64,000 nucleotides of DNA from positions 1,312,001-1,376,000 of the forward strand of contig CAXXDV010000003.1 in assembly GCA_963674745.2 (NCBI GenBank), in the 5' to 3' direction. Every line of letters begins with the position of its first letter. Position 1 is the first letter of the stretch. This document shows, piece after piece, positions 19,801 to 28,348 of the stretch. Below the pieces are notes generated by a model that was given only the letters and a program-made list of their open reading frames with translations, did no database searches and was not told the origin of the DNA. Source of the DNA: Desulfosudaceae bacterium. Its GTDB lineage: Bacteria; Desulfobacterota; Desulfobacteria; Desulfobacterales; Desulfosudaceae. A program made the translations under genes and the position numbers.

Positions 19801-21000
19801 GCCAGGGTAGGGAAACCGGAAAAGCGGCCCGTCCTGTCGAAACAGACACTATATGATCGGGATAAACTGCTGGCTTATGCCATTGGCAGCCCCTCGGAAG
19901 CGTTTGGTGAGCCTTATCGAATTTTCGACAAAGGCCGGGTTATCGCGCGTCTTCCCGGTCCTCCTTATTTTTTCATGGACCGGGTAACCGCTGTTGAGCC
20001 GCCACCCTGGATTGTAAAAGCGGACGGCTGGATTGAAGCTGAATTTACAATAAAACCGGATGACTGGTATTTTTCAGCCAACCGTCAACCGTCCATGCCG
20101 TTTTGCATTCTTCTCGAAATAGCGTTGCAACCTTGCGGCTGGTTGGCGGCTTATGCCGGTTCGGCCTTGAAAAGTGAAACCGATCTCAAGTTCCGGAACC
20201 TCGGCGGTACGGCCATACAGTACATGGATCTGAATCCGGAAAAGAAAATCCTGACCATGCGTTGCCGCATGACCAAGGTCTCGGAATCCGGCGGCATGAT
20301 CATCGAACATTTTGATATTGAAGTTCTGTCAGATGATGACCGGCAGATGGTATATAAAGGAACAACCTATTTCGGGTTCTTTTCTCAACAGGCCCTGTCC
20401 CGGCAGAAAGGCATTCCGGGCGCTGCGGATCGGGCATATGAGCCTTCTTGGGAAGATTGTCAGGGGAAGGTCGGCATTGTACTGAAAAAAGAAGCACCGT
20501 TGACGCCCGAAGATACCACTGTTGACGAGGCGCCTGCTCTGGCCATGCCTTCCCGGGCGCTGCTGATGGTTGACGGCATTGACGTTTTTCTTCCTCGAGG
20601 CGGCTCTGCCGGCCTGGGTTTTATAAGGGGGAACAAAAAAGTGGACCCTGATGAATGGTTTTTTAAAGCCCATTTTTACCAGGATCCGGTCTGCCCGGGT
20701 TCCCTGGGACTGGAATCATTTATTCAGTTGCTCAAGCATGTCTGCCTTGATCGCTGGCCGCATCTGCATGAAACACATCGCTTTGAATTCGTCCTTGACA
20801 ATGAACACGAGTGGATTTACCGGGGGCAGGTCGTACCACAAAACAAACAGGTTGTGGTCGATGCCGATATTATTGCTGTCGAAGAGACGCCTTTTCCCGC
20901 TGTTTACGCCAACGGGTTTCTGAAGGTGGACGGGCTGTTTATTTATGAGATGAAAAACTTCGGGTTGAGACTCGTTCCGTTAAAAAACGGCCGGGCATGA
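13858..21000 (+). CDS. PfaB/C-type iterative PUFA/PKS synthase subunit: KS - chain-length factor - AT - four FabA-like hot-dog domains
   Basis: KS DAACS with HGTGT and KSMVGH; second KS has Ser at the catalytic Cys position (VVSCESAS); AT GYSLG; FabA-like HFxxDxVxPG twice plus two pseudo-DH units. Confidence 0.92.
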   Translation: MPKLEPIAIVGMGGVFPGALSTDALWQNIVNRIDAITDIPDHRWVVSPAEVYSREFAIDKTYSRRAGVVDLDFDGNGFEIDASLLERLDPLYHYTLTAAREAFSGCRLSSIIRNRTGVVLAAIALPTEGSSAFANRIIGRQLSRKMFGEKALNDTGRLSQTDLISARVTSQPASLLAKAFRLGGGSYTLDAACSTSLYAVKLACDELAAGRADAMIAGGVSRPEILYTQVGFTQLRALSQSGCCRPFDAQADGLVVGEGSGIFVLKRLSDALRDKEHIFGLIRGIGLSNDIGGNLLSPETEGQLRAMRTAYKHAGWSPRDVDFIECHGTGTPVGDAVELASMRSLWGESGWTAGQCPIGSVKSMVGHLLTAAGAASMVKTLLGFKHRTIPPSANFSAPGKNSPLTDGPFRVQTRAEEWKPEKPGDPLRAAVSSFGFGGINAHILLEEWIEREDKDYTAIEISDVQIVNGDAPETPPDIAVVGMEAIFGQLDNLRRFQEAVLRGDSLFTKRPRERWRGCEETAKQFIDTDINRGVFVDEVSVLIGEYHIPPNEIDHILCQHLLALKACRQALIDAGLPLREERPAMGVVIGMDFDAQANDYHFRWNLSNEFDKWRQRYDLTPSPEQYREWIESVKDAWSPPLIASRVIGALGGIMASRIAKQFQLGGPGFVVSCESASGLRALEIGSRSLQLFETDTFLVGAVDLPADVRRVIMDDASRPYSRAGKVRPFDAQADGTLPGEGATALVLKRLDDALSDGNRIYAVIKGFGSANSRDVLEDQSDAYASALAKAYRVSLDRAFSDAGVEAADISFFETNGSGNPQEDDIEATVLGDYFAGAESGQKKQCALGSVKSIIGHTGAAAGLAAFVRTSLCLYQQMIPPMTNFISPSQAWLENTFFHVPHFPYYWLRNRIDGLRKACTGVITRDGVCMHVISEEYDHSGNTSTRVHEQIDIERRKPLGFRPGAPGLFIVEGNNNHELIQRLDSLYRFIMTIDERDANIEKVARQWYLTRKTDHSKQYAVSIVATDVVELNRFIDEARQRITSDKPASIIGSRGIRYTNSTTPIGERKGDIAFVFPGSGNHFLGMGRDLSAEFPEVMRLMDKEARKLKDRFLPECYFPYRGSWESGWEDKSRKKITSDPLNMIIGQVSYGGLTTCLAEQFGLIPDAVIGYSLGESAGLFAVGAWNQRSEMLDRMRASDLFTTQLAGPCNAARQVWNVPPEEAVDWCVAVVNRDAAGVKKVTRGFPAVHLLIVNTPTECVIGGRKVQVEEAIKALGCEAVFLEGVVTVHCDAAVPVKQAYKNLHVFPVLKPENVRFYSCARGRSYELTSEAAAQSILDQAIYGFDFTQTIRHAHKDGVRIFLEMGPHNSCSRMIQNILHDSAHLAVSICHRSEGSYTALLKFLGYLVSERVPVKLDFLYGPSSCPENLMVSSISKGVDENRRVHVKTGGIPELPEIQVIKEVSFPHIPPQPRELPKAGHTASRATVTTADTAAYAGIMDEIVREADITARAHQSFLAFSDQLNNIYAQTFSLQAQLLEKALTAGDAGAIADIVSNVPAPAGPVPGNVPASKISPVPETVTKSIPAFPREMCMEFAIGSIEKVLGPMFAEVDTYPVRVRLPDEPLMLVDRIMSVEGEKGSLKSGKVVTEHDVLPGAWYLDGGRAPVCISIEAGQADLFLCSYLGIDMAVKGERSYRLLDAVATFHEGLPRPGDIIRYEIKISRFVRQGKTYLFFFEFDGLINGRHVITMRNGCAGFFTPAEVKDSGGIVLTAEEKKPARGVINGWRQLVPVDRATYDDRQIDALRKGDLKACFGTQFVGIKLSDSLWLPGGRMKLIHRVKSLDPTGGRYGLGHISAEADIHPDDWFLTCHFVDDMVMPGTLMYQCCEHALRVLLLRMGWVSGGPEVCFEPVPDVGAVLKCRGPVTAETRHVVYEVELSEIGYNPEPYVKADAFIFADGERIVSFRNMSLKLTGATQQDLEETWARVGKPEKRPVLSKQTLYDRDKLLAYAIGSPSEAFGEPYRIFDKGRVIARLPGPPYFFMDRVTAVEPPPWIVKADGWIEAEFTIKPDDWYFSANRQPSMPFCILLEIALQPCGWLAAYAGSALKSETDLKFRNLGGTAIQYMDLNPEKKILTMRCRMTKVSESGGMIIEHFDIEVLSDDDRQMVYKGTTYFGFFSQQALSRQKGIPGAADRAYEPSWEDCQGKVGIVLKKEAPLTPEDTTVDEAPALAMPSRALLMVDGIDVFLPRGGSAGLGFIRGNKKVDPDEWFFKAHFYQDPVCPGSLGLESFIQLLKHVCLDRWPHLHETHRFEFVLDNEHEWIYRGQVVPQNKQVVVDADIIAVEETPFPAVYANGFLKVDGLFIYEMKNFGLRLVPLKNGRA

Positions 21001-21014
21001 TTGATCAATCGGGT

Positions 21015-22883
21015 TTACTGGAGATTTAATTCCCCATGGAATTTATTCATGTTACCTTCAAGTATTTCCTTGAATCGCCATTCCATCTCCAGAAAGACGT
21101 CGGTAATATCCGGATCAAATTGAAAGCCTTTTTCTTTGGCAATAATGCCCATGGCATCTTCATGGGAAATGGCCTTTTTATATACTCTGTCTGATGTCAA
21201 TGCGTCATAAACATCCGCCACAGCCACTATCCGGGCTGCCAGTGGAATCTCCTCGCGGGTTAACCCGACCGGATATCCTTTTCCATCCCAGCGCTCATGG
21301 TGAAAATAACAGATCTGCTTGCCGATGGTTAAAAAGGATTTGCCTTTTACTTGAAGCTCCACGGCACGCAGGGCATCGCCGCCCAGCCTGGAATGTTCTT
21401 TTACGATTTCATATTCTTCGCTGGTCAACGGCCCCGGCTTTAAAAGAATTTCATCGGGTATGCCGACTTTTCCGATATCGTGCAGCATGGACGAGATATA
21501 AATGTCTTCAATATATTCATCCGTAATATAATCATCGTACCGCTCGTTCTTGCGAAGTGCTTCGGTCAACACCCGGGTGTATTCCATTATGCGTTCCAGG
21601 TGCTCGCCGGTATCCTGATCCCGGTATTCAGCCAGCTTGGCCAGGCCGAGAATGGTCATGGTCTGGGTCTGTTTAATGTTTTCATATGAATCGAGCAGCT
21701 TCTGTTCCATCATCTTGCGGGAGGTGATATCACGGATAATCCCCCGAAAACCAACGGGTGAGCCTGTTGAATTGTCAATGCGGGTGGCTGATACTTCAAG
21801 ATAACTGATCGATCCGTCGGCCCTGATGATTTCCCAACTCATGGCGTGTGCGGGAAATTTCGTCTGATATACTTCATTTAACGTCCAGAGGGCTTCCTCG
21901 GCTTTTTCTCCGGTCGTGAAAAAGTCCCGGAAGTTTTTTCCCAGAAGTTCATCTTCGGAATTATAGTTATAAATTTGCAGGGTAGAGGCATTGGCAAAAG
22001 TAAAATTTCCGGCAACGTCAATTTCGTAAAAGCCCTCTTCGATATTATCAATGATGGTCCGGTATTTTTCTTCACTTTTTTTCAGATTTTCCTGAGACCG
22101 CTTATGTTCGGAAATGGTCAGGTTCAAATCTTCGTTAATTTTGATCAGCTGTTTTGTTCTTTCCTGAACTTTTCTTTCAAGCTCCCTGTTGGCGGCGCTT
22201 ACTTTTTCCTGCTCCGATTCGATCATTTTGATATAGAAAAAGTTCTTGCGAGAAGACAGCTCAAACTCATAACAGGCAAGCATGCCGCTGATATTGGCGG
22301 TAATAAAGAAAAAATTGTTGACCAGGAGAATGTCGAACGGTGTGTCGATGGCGATAGCAACAATTTCATAGATGATAACCAGTGTCCAGCAGGATATCGT
22401 CGCCCACATGAAGCGGAATCTCAAAAGCGTGTAGGCAAAAAGAAAAACAATAATCAGGCCGGCATAATAGGTGTGTTTCAGCGGCGTTGATACGACCGGG
22501 ATCATCGCGATCACGGCACAGCCGACAGATAAGATCGTAATAGCGATCAGGGGCTGCATCATTCTGTTGAAGGTTTTTAAGTAAGAAAAGACCAGGCCGG
22601 CGATCATTATGGGCGCGACGATGCCGAAACGAATGGCCCATAACGACCATATGTTTTGAGGGTCAAGATAGAAATCCAGAAAGGCGAACAGGCTCCAGCA
22701 GACAACTCCCAGAATGATGGCATAGCGGAGCTGAGTCAAGGAATTGATTAAATAAAAATTATAAAAGGACTCTTCATAGTCAGCGCAATCGCCGGTGAAC
22801 TTCAGGGTAAAGGGATTGATTGTCAAATTCCCATTGGACCTGACACCGGTTCTTATGCTGGTCTGAGAGTGTAAACTTTTCAT
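21015..22883 (-). CDS. Membrane-anchored PAS / HD-GYP cyclic dinucleotide phosphodiesterase
   Basis: ~6 N-terminal TM helices, PAS ending RDIT, HDIGK, HHERWDGKGYP, ADVYDAL. Confidence 0.92.
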   Translation of the reverse strand: MKSLHSQTSIRTGVRSNGNLTINPFTLKFTGDCADYEESFYNFYLINSLTQLRYAIILGVVCWSLFAFLDFYLDPQNIWSLWAIRFGIVAPIMIAGLVFSYLKTFNRMMQPLIAITILSVGCAVIAMIPVVSTPLKHTYYAGLIIVFLFAYTLLRFRFMWATISCWTLVIIYEIVAIAIDTPFDILLVNNFFFITANISGMLACYEFELSSRKNFFYIKMIESEQEKVSAANRELERKVQERTKQLIKINEDLNLTISEHKRSQENLKKSEEKYRTIIDNIEEGFYEIDVAGNFTFANASTLQIYNYNSEDELLGKNFRDFFTTGEKAEEALWTLNEVYQTKFPAHAMSWEIIRADGSISYLEVSATRIDNSTGSPVGFRGIIRDITSRKMMEQKLLDSYENIKQTQTMTILGLAKLAEYRDQDTGEHLERIMEYTRVLTEALRKNERYDDYITDEYIEDIYISSMLHDIGKVGIPDEILLKPGPLTSEEYEIVKEHSRLGGDALRAVELQVKGKSFLTIGKQICYFHHERWDGKGYPVGLTREEIPLAARIVAVADVYDALTSDRVYKKAISHEDAMGIIAKEKGFQFDPDITDVFLEMEWRFKEILEGNMNKFHGELNLQ

Positions 22884-23042
22884 ATTTTATGGTTTATTTA
22901 TCTTTATAAAAATATCTTATTTTTTGTTTATTGACAAGTATTTTTCATCTGCTTGTTCTATCCGGCGGCTACCGGATGTATCGGTTTTCATTTAAACGTT
23001 ATCGCTTTTTATGTTGACCAAATTGTTGGCAAATTATAAATA

Positions 23043-23056
23043 TGAGAATATGCTCA
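23043..23056. promoter_or_regulatory. Imperfect palindrome, candidate operator of the ORP/NifX operon
   Basis: TGAGAATATGCTCA directly downstream of TTGACC...TATAAA. Confidence 0.4.
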
Positions 23057-23142
23057 AAACATCGACAGGTAAAATTGAATAGAATTCAAACCCCGGTTAA
23101 CGGGTTAATTTATCATTATTAACGTTTAATAAGGAGCCTTCA

Positions 23143-23505
23143 ATGAAAGTCGCAGTTAGTGCTACAGGTGCTGATCTAAAAGCTGATGTTGATCCACGGT
23201 TCGGTAGAGCCGCTTATTTTATTGTGGTTGATTCAGAAACAATGGCTTATGAAGCCATTGAGAATATTCAAAACCTGGATCTGCCCCAGGGCGCCGGGAT
23301 TCAAGCGGGAAAAACAGTCGTCAACTCGGGAGCGACAGTGCTTTTAACCGGCAATTGCGGTCCGAAAGCTTTTTCCGTATTAAACCAGGCAAAGATCGGG
23401 GTGGTTATTAATGCCAAAGGTACTGTTGAAGAAGCCGTCCTGGCTTATAAACGGGGCGAATTGAAACCCGTTGATGAGGCCAATGTCGAAGGCCACTGGG
23501 TTTAA
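23143..23505 (+). CDS. NifB/NifX family (orange protein, ORP-like) metal-cluster-binding protein
   Basis: VDPRFGRAAYF, GAGIQA, LLTGNCGPKAF motifs. Confidence 0.9.
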   Translation: MKVAVSATGADLKADVDPRFGRAAYFIVVDSETMAYEAIENIQNLDLPQGAGIQAGKTVVNSGATVLLTGNCGPKAFSVLNQAKIGVVINAKGTVEEAVLAYKRGELKPVDEANVEGHWV

Positions 23506-23526
23506 ATTTACTAAGGAGCTCACAAA

Positions 23527-23781
23527 ATGCCGTTATATGAATATCAATGCCGGGATTGTGATAAAACGATGGAGATTCTTTTATCCCCCGGTGATGGGGC
23601 CAAACCGGAATGTCGTTATTGCGGCAGTAAAAATTTGACCAAGCTTTTGTCCGCGCCTTCTTCCATGTCGGGTGTGGCTAAAAACAGACTTCCAGGTGCC
23701 GGCGATACCGGATGCTGTGGAATGTCACCCGACCAGGCAACATGTGCCGGTCCCGGCAGCTGCTGCGGCAGGGCAAAATAG
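23527..23781 (+). CDS. FmdB family zinc-ribbon protein with Cys-rich tail
   Basis: MPLYEYQCxxC...CxxCGS; tail GCCG...C...CCG. Confidence 0.88.
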   Translation: MPLYEYQCRDCDKTMEILLSPGDGAKPECRYCGSKNLTKLLSAPSSMSGVAKNRLPGAGDTGCCGMSPDQATCAGPGSCCGRAK

Positions 23782-23790
23782 GAGGAGAAG

Positions 23791-24015
23791 ATGGCGGACT
23801 TGGAAGACAAGCTGGATGTTCATGTCAATGTGACCGTTAACGGCGGGGTCCTGACGTCTATTGTAGAAAACGCCAAACGGATTGCGGGCAGGGATGAAAA
23901 AGGCGGATACCGGGTGGATACAGCGGATCTGGTAGGAAAGATGATCTCCCGGTTTCTGGATAAATACGACTTTGAACGTTTTGTTCAGGACGAAAACAAT
24001 TACCCGTCTTTGTAA
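23791..24015 (+). CDS. Small hypothetical protein
   Basis: 74-aa ORF with strong GGAGG RBS, operonic. Confidence 0.7.
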   Translation: MADLEDKLDVHVNVTVNGGVLTSIVENAKRIAGRDEKGGYRVDTADLVGKMISRFLDKYDFERFVQDENNYPSL

Positions 24016-24025
24016 AAAATCCGGG

Positions 24026-24460
24026 TTAAAAAGCACCCAGCTGACAGGGGGTGATTTTTATCCCCAGGGCTTCACATGCGGATGATACAGCCATTTTCTT
24101 GATACCGAGTTCGCCCGCGACTTTCCAGCATTCGGCACAACTGATTTTTTCGTCGTTCGCAGCGTTTTCAATACGGTTGCGCAACTCATCCGATATCTCT
24201 TCGGCCGGACCGACAATTTTCTTTTCCGGTGAATAACCGAACAGCCCCATTTGACATTTTGTAATACGGTATTCGAGCAGATCTATTGTTTTACCGACTT
24301 CAGCAGGTACCACGTTAAAACGTTCGGCTATTTCATGGGCGGCTGAACAGGTTAAACGCTCGTTCTGCGCTTTTTGCCTGACCTCTTCAGCCAGGACAGG
24401 GTCACAAGTCGTTCCGGCAGGGTGTTTGGCGCTGTATTTTCCGGCATCTTCATGTGTCAT
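24026..24460 (-). CDS. Hypothetical protein with two tandem C...CQxGxF domains
   Basis: Internal duplication LTC...KCQMGLF / ISC...PCQLGAF; GGAGG RBS. Confidence 0.75.
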   Translation of the reverse strand: MTHEDAGKYSAKHPAGTTCDPVLAEEVRQKAQNERLTCSAAHEIAERFNVVPAEVGKTIDLLEYRITKCQMGLFGYSPEKKIVGPAEEISDELRNRIENAANDEKISCAECWKVAGELGIKKMAVSSACEALGIKITPCQLGAF

Positions 24461-24613
24461 CAGTTACCCTCCACATCAACGTTAAGGCGCTTGTTAAATT
24501 CAAACCGCTGTGATAATAATTATCATATACATGTCCTGCATATTCTTCAAGCGGTTGTCGTTAAAACTGAAAAATTGATCCTGTTCCATTAATTTTACCG
24601 ACAGGAGGCGCCC

Positions 24614-25492
24614 ATGCATCATGATTCAAAAACCATTGTAACCTGTGCCGTAACCGGTGTTTTAACCAGTCCTGAAAAATTCAACGTACCGGTCACACCG
24701 GAACAGATGGCCGATGCCACCGAGCAGGCCTATAATCAGGGAGCCAGTATTGTTCACACTCATTTCCGGTCTCAACAACCGGGAATGGGGGCCTTCCCCA
24801 CCTGGGACCTGAAAGAGGTCGGTGACATTGTTGCCGCCATCAAAAAACGTGTGCCCGACATTATCATCTGCATGAGCACAGGTGTCATGGGAAATGATAT
24901 TTCCGGGCCCCTGGGTTGTCTTGAAGCCTTTGAGCCGGAAATGGCCGCCTGCAACGCGGGTTCTTTAAATTATCTCAAAACAAAAAAAGGGGGGCAGTGG
25001 GCCTGGCCCCCCATTATGTTTGATAATCCGGTGGAAAAAGTGACCGCATTCCTCGACGTTATGAACGCTCATGGGATTGTGCCGGAATTTGAATGCTTTG
25101 ATACCGGGATTGTCCGCAGCGTCGGTATGTTCAAGGACGTCGGCATGTTTCAGGGAGACACTCATGTTTCATTCGTCATGGGCGTCAGTTCGGGAATGCC
25201 GGCCAGGCCGGACCTGCTGCCCATACTGGTCGACGAACTGCCTCAGAGCGCTCACTGGCAGGTTATCGCCACCGGTATCAGGCGCGAAGCGATCTGGAAA
25301 GTTCTGCGCGAAGCAGTAGAAATGGGTGGAAACGTCCGTACCGGACTGGAAGATACGTTTTATCTGCCCGGCGGTGAGCAAGCCGACAACAATGGACAAC
25401 TCGTTGAAGCCCTGGTTAAGATTGTCCGTGAAGCAGGCAAAGAGCCGGCAACCCCGAAAGAGACGAGGCAGATAATCGGGATTGATCGATAA
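24614..25492 (+). CDS. Beta-keto acid cleavage enzyme (BKACE / DUF849, 3-keto-5-aminohexanoate cleavage family)
   Basis: TCAVTG, VPVTPEQ, HTHFR, PEFECFD, RTGLED motifs. Confidence 0.92.
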   Translation: MHHDSKTIVTCAVTGVLTSPEKFNVPVTPEQMADATEQAYNQGASIVHTHFRSQQPGMGAFPTWDLKEVGDIVAAIKKRVPDIIICMSTGVMGNDISGPLGCLEAFEPEMAACNAGSLNYLKTKKGGQWAWPPIMFDNPVEKVTAFLDVMNAHGIVPEFECFDTGIVRSVGMFKDVGMFQGDTHVSFVMGVSSGMPARPDLLPILVDELPQSAHWQVIATGIRREAIWKVLREAVEMGGNVRTGLEDTFYLPGGEQADNNGQLVEALVKIVREAGKEPATPKETRQIIGIDR

Positions 25493-25521
25493 CGGCCCGG
25501 AAACCGTTTTTGTAACGATCT

Positions 25522-26904
25522 TTATTGCTGTCTGTATTGTTCCAGCTTGGTCTGTACATCATTCAACAGTTTTGCGGGAAAGGCCTTGTCAACCAGTTTT
25601 TCGCGCACGTTGCGGGCCGCTTTTTCAAAATCCTTCAAATCTTTGGCGGAAAGCGTTACAGGCTTGATGCCACATTTTACTTCAAATGCTTTGAGACTTT
25701 TGGCCTCATAAATTCTTCCCCGCTTTTTCCATTCCGGTTCGATGGATTTTATTTCGTGGACAATCAACTCCTGGGTGTTGAAAACCAGTGTTTCCGGTAA
25801 ATTGAAATGTTTACGGATTTTTTCCCGGGTGTTGGCGCTGAGAAGCACCACACCGGGAGAGTAATAAAACGGCTTGGCAATATAATAATTAACATATTGA
25901 TAAGCCTGCATTCCCAGCGTCCAGGCCGGTGGCGCGATGAATGTGTCTGCCAGGCCCGTACTCAAGGCTGAAACCACTTCCGGAACGGCTACCGGGATGG
26001 CATCTACCCCGAGTTCCTCAAGCAGTGTTGATTCAACCAGCCCCATGGATGACAGGGCTTTCTGGTGGCGCAGATCTTCAAGACCGGTCAGCCTGTTTTT
26101 CGAAAATACATATAAAAAGCCGGTATCGATGATCGCCCCGCAGATATATCCCCTTTTTTCAAAGGACTGGTCCAGGCGTTTGCGGAACGTACGGTAAACA
26201 TAATCAATTTCTTCATAATCACGGAACAGGTCCGGGGCCATCAAGACAGTTGCATCAGGGGAAGCCTTGACCACACCAAGGGTAGTGCATCCGCAGCCAT
26301 CGAGCTGTCCTATGTCCATTTTTCTTAATACATCGCAGTCTTCCCCCATGACACCACCGGTATAGAACTTTGGTTTAAGACCACCTCTGGTTAATTCGAT
26401 GATTCTGGGGACCAGGATGGTTTGAGGCACATCGAGCCAGGGGGTGCCTTCAGGGGCCAGTGTTGCCAGTTTCAGAATAAACGGTTCTTTGTTGAGCCTG
26501 TCGGCTATTTTGTCCCAGATAACAGTTTCTTTTACGGATTCCCAGTTCAGAAACGGGGACAGCAGCGCGTTGAATCGTACGCCGATGTCTTCGAGAACAT
26601 AACGTGATGTTTTGTAATTATTGACAATGACACGCGCGTCTTTTTCGATCATACCTGCCAGTTCGGTTTTTGACACAAACTTTTTTTCAAGCATGTGCTT
26701 TAAAATATGCTGACGTTGTTCGAGATCGAGCCCGAAGTCCTGCCCGGTCCATAACGTTTTCATTGTTTCGCTTAACGTATCCTGAAACTGCGCTTTGGTC
26801 AGATCCGCTGCAATCGTTTTCGAGGTAAAGACAAAAGAGAGACCGAGTATCAATAAAACGCACACAACAATCCAATCGAATTTTCTATGCCCTTTAGAAT
26901 CCAC
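25522..26904 (-). CDS. TRAP transporter substrate-binding protein (DctP-like) with extra N-terminal domain
   Basis: Signal peptide; LATLAPEGTPW, GGVMG, GQLDG, EVVSALSTGLAD; ~110 extra residues before the DctP fold. Confidence 0.8.
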   Translation of the reverse strand: MDSKGHRKFDWIVVCVLLILGLSFVFTSKTIAADLTKAQFQDTLSETMKTLWTGQDFGLDLEQRQHILKHMLEKKFVSKTELAGMIEKDARVIVNNYKTSRYVLEDIGVRFNALLSPFLNWESVKETVIWDKIADRLNKEPFILKLATLAPEGTPWLDVPQTILVPRIIELTRGGLKPKFYTGGVMGEDCDVLRKMDIGQLDGCGCTTLGVVKASPDATVLMAPDLFRDYEEIDYVYRTFRKRLDQSFEKRGYICGAIIDTGFLYVFSKNRLTGLEDLRHQKALSSMGLVESTLLEELGVDAIPVAVPEVVSALSTGLADTFIAPPAWTLGMQAYQYVNYYIAKPFYYSPGVVLLSANTREKIRKHFNLPETLVFNTQELIVHEIKSIEPEWKKRGRIYEAKSLKAFEVKCGIKPVTLSAKDLKDFEKAARNVREKLVDKAFPAKLLNDVQTKLEQYRQQ

Positions 26905-26929
26905 GGCGTCCCCCCGTTTTTGGTTTCTC

Positions 26930-28327
26930 TTATTTTATTCCATATTCTCTTATTTTGGTCAGTAGCGAGGGGTGGCTGATTTCAAGTAACCGGGAGGCCT
27001 GTGTCCGGTTCCCGCCGGTTTGGCGAAGGGCTTTTTCGATGAGGATTTTTTCGATTTTTTTCTGGGCGACTTTAATGGAATATTCATCCCTCAAGTTGAT
27101 ATCCCGGCTGACGGTTTCGTCAGTGGACGGTCCGCCGATACCGGGCGGCAGGTTGCCCGGTTCGATGTAGTCACTTTCGGCCAGAACAACTGCCCGTTCG
27201 ATCGCGTTTTCAAGTTCTCTGACATTACCCGGCCATTGATGATCCATAAGAAATGACATGGCTGCAGGCGTTATGTCCGTGACATTTTGATTCAGTTTTT
27301 TGTTAAACTTTTCAACAAAATATTGGCAAAGATAGGGGATATCATCGGACCGCTCACGCAAAGGCGCGATGTGAATTCTAAGTACATTCAACCGGTAAAA
27401 CAAATCTTCCCGGAAATCACCCCTGGCGACTTCATCTTCCAGTACTTTAGATGTGGCCGCGACAACCCGGATATTGATCGTTCGGGTTTCCGAAGCGCCG
27501 ACCGGCCTGATTTCGTTATCCTGCAACAGTCGCAACAGTTTTACCTGAAGGGAAAGGGGCAGTTCACCGATTTCATCTAAAAAAAGTGTTCCATCTTCGG
27601 CTTGTTCACATATCCCGATTTTATTTTTATCCGCGCCTGTAAATGCGCCTTTGACATGCCCGAAGAGTTCGCTTTCAAGTAAATTTTCAGGTATACCCCC
27701 GCAATTTATGGCCACAAATTCATTTTCTGATCGGCTGCTGTTGAAGTGAAGGCTTCTGGCTACCAGCTCTTTGCCGGTACCGCTTTCGCCTGTGATCAGC
27801 ACGGTCGTGTCATATGCAGCAACTTTTGAGATCATGTCAACCACGGACTGCATGGCACTGCTTTTGGCAATCATATTGCCGTATGAATACGACTCACGGA
27901 TATCCGCCAATTCTTTTTTCAAACGAATATTTTCTTTCTTGAGCCGTTCCCGTTCATGGGCCTTTTTCAGGGTAAGGATAACCTCATCCGGTTTAAAGGG
28001 TTTTGAAATATAATCATAGGCGCCCTGTTTCATGGCCTCTACCGCCGAATCAATACTGCCGTAAGCGGACATCATAATGATGGTTGTATCCGAAATTTTT
28101 GCGGCGGCTTGTTCCAGAAAGGTTATACCGTCCATGCGGGGCATCTTAATATCGCACAGGATGAAATCATATCGCGTTTCAGCTGAAATTTTCAGCGCTT
28201 CTTCGCCATTGCCCGCCGTGTCAACTTTATACCCCTCCCTGGTCAGGAGGGCAGAAAGCATGTGGCGCATGTTCTCTTCATCATCGACAACGAGAACACG
28301 ATTATGGGTTTTATCCTCGGTGCTCAT
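26930..28327 (-). CDS. Sigma54-dependent response regulator (NtrC/AtoC type)
   Basis: REC (VVDDE, CDIKMP), GESGTGKE, GAFTGA, WPGNVREL, Fis-type HTH. Confidence 0.96.
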   Translation of the reverse strand: MSTEDKTHNRVLVVDDEENMRHMLSALLTREGYKVDTAGNGEEALKISAETRYDFILCDIKMPRMDGITFLEQAAAKISDTTIIMMSAYGSIDSAVEAMKQGAYDYISKPFKPDEVILTLKKAHERERLKKENIRLKKELADIRESYSYGNMIAKSSAMQSVVDMISKVAAYDTTVLITGESGTGKELVARSLHFNSSRSENEFVAINCGGIPENLLESELFGHVKGAFTGADKNKIGICEQAEDGTLFLDEIGELPLSLQVKLLRLLQDNEIRPVGASETRTINIRVVAATSKVLEDEVARGDFREDLFYRLNVLRIHIAPLRERSDDIPYLCQYFVEKFNKKLNQNVTDITPAAMSFLMDHQWPGNVRELENAIERAVVLAESDYIEPGNLPPGIGGPSTDETVSRDINLRDEYSIKVAQKKIEKILIEKALRQTGGNRTQASRLLEISHPSLLTKIREYGIK

Positions 28328-28348
28328 TAAGACCTTCCTGTTTCACTT

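Noticed and set aside
14063..20923. Many 60-190 aa alternative-frame and antisense ORFs within the Pfa gene (likewise within smc, ligA, glyS, purA)
   Set aside because: No motifs; expected shadows of long coding regions
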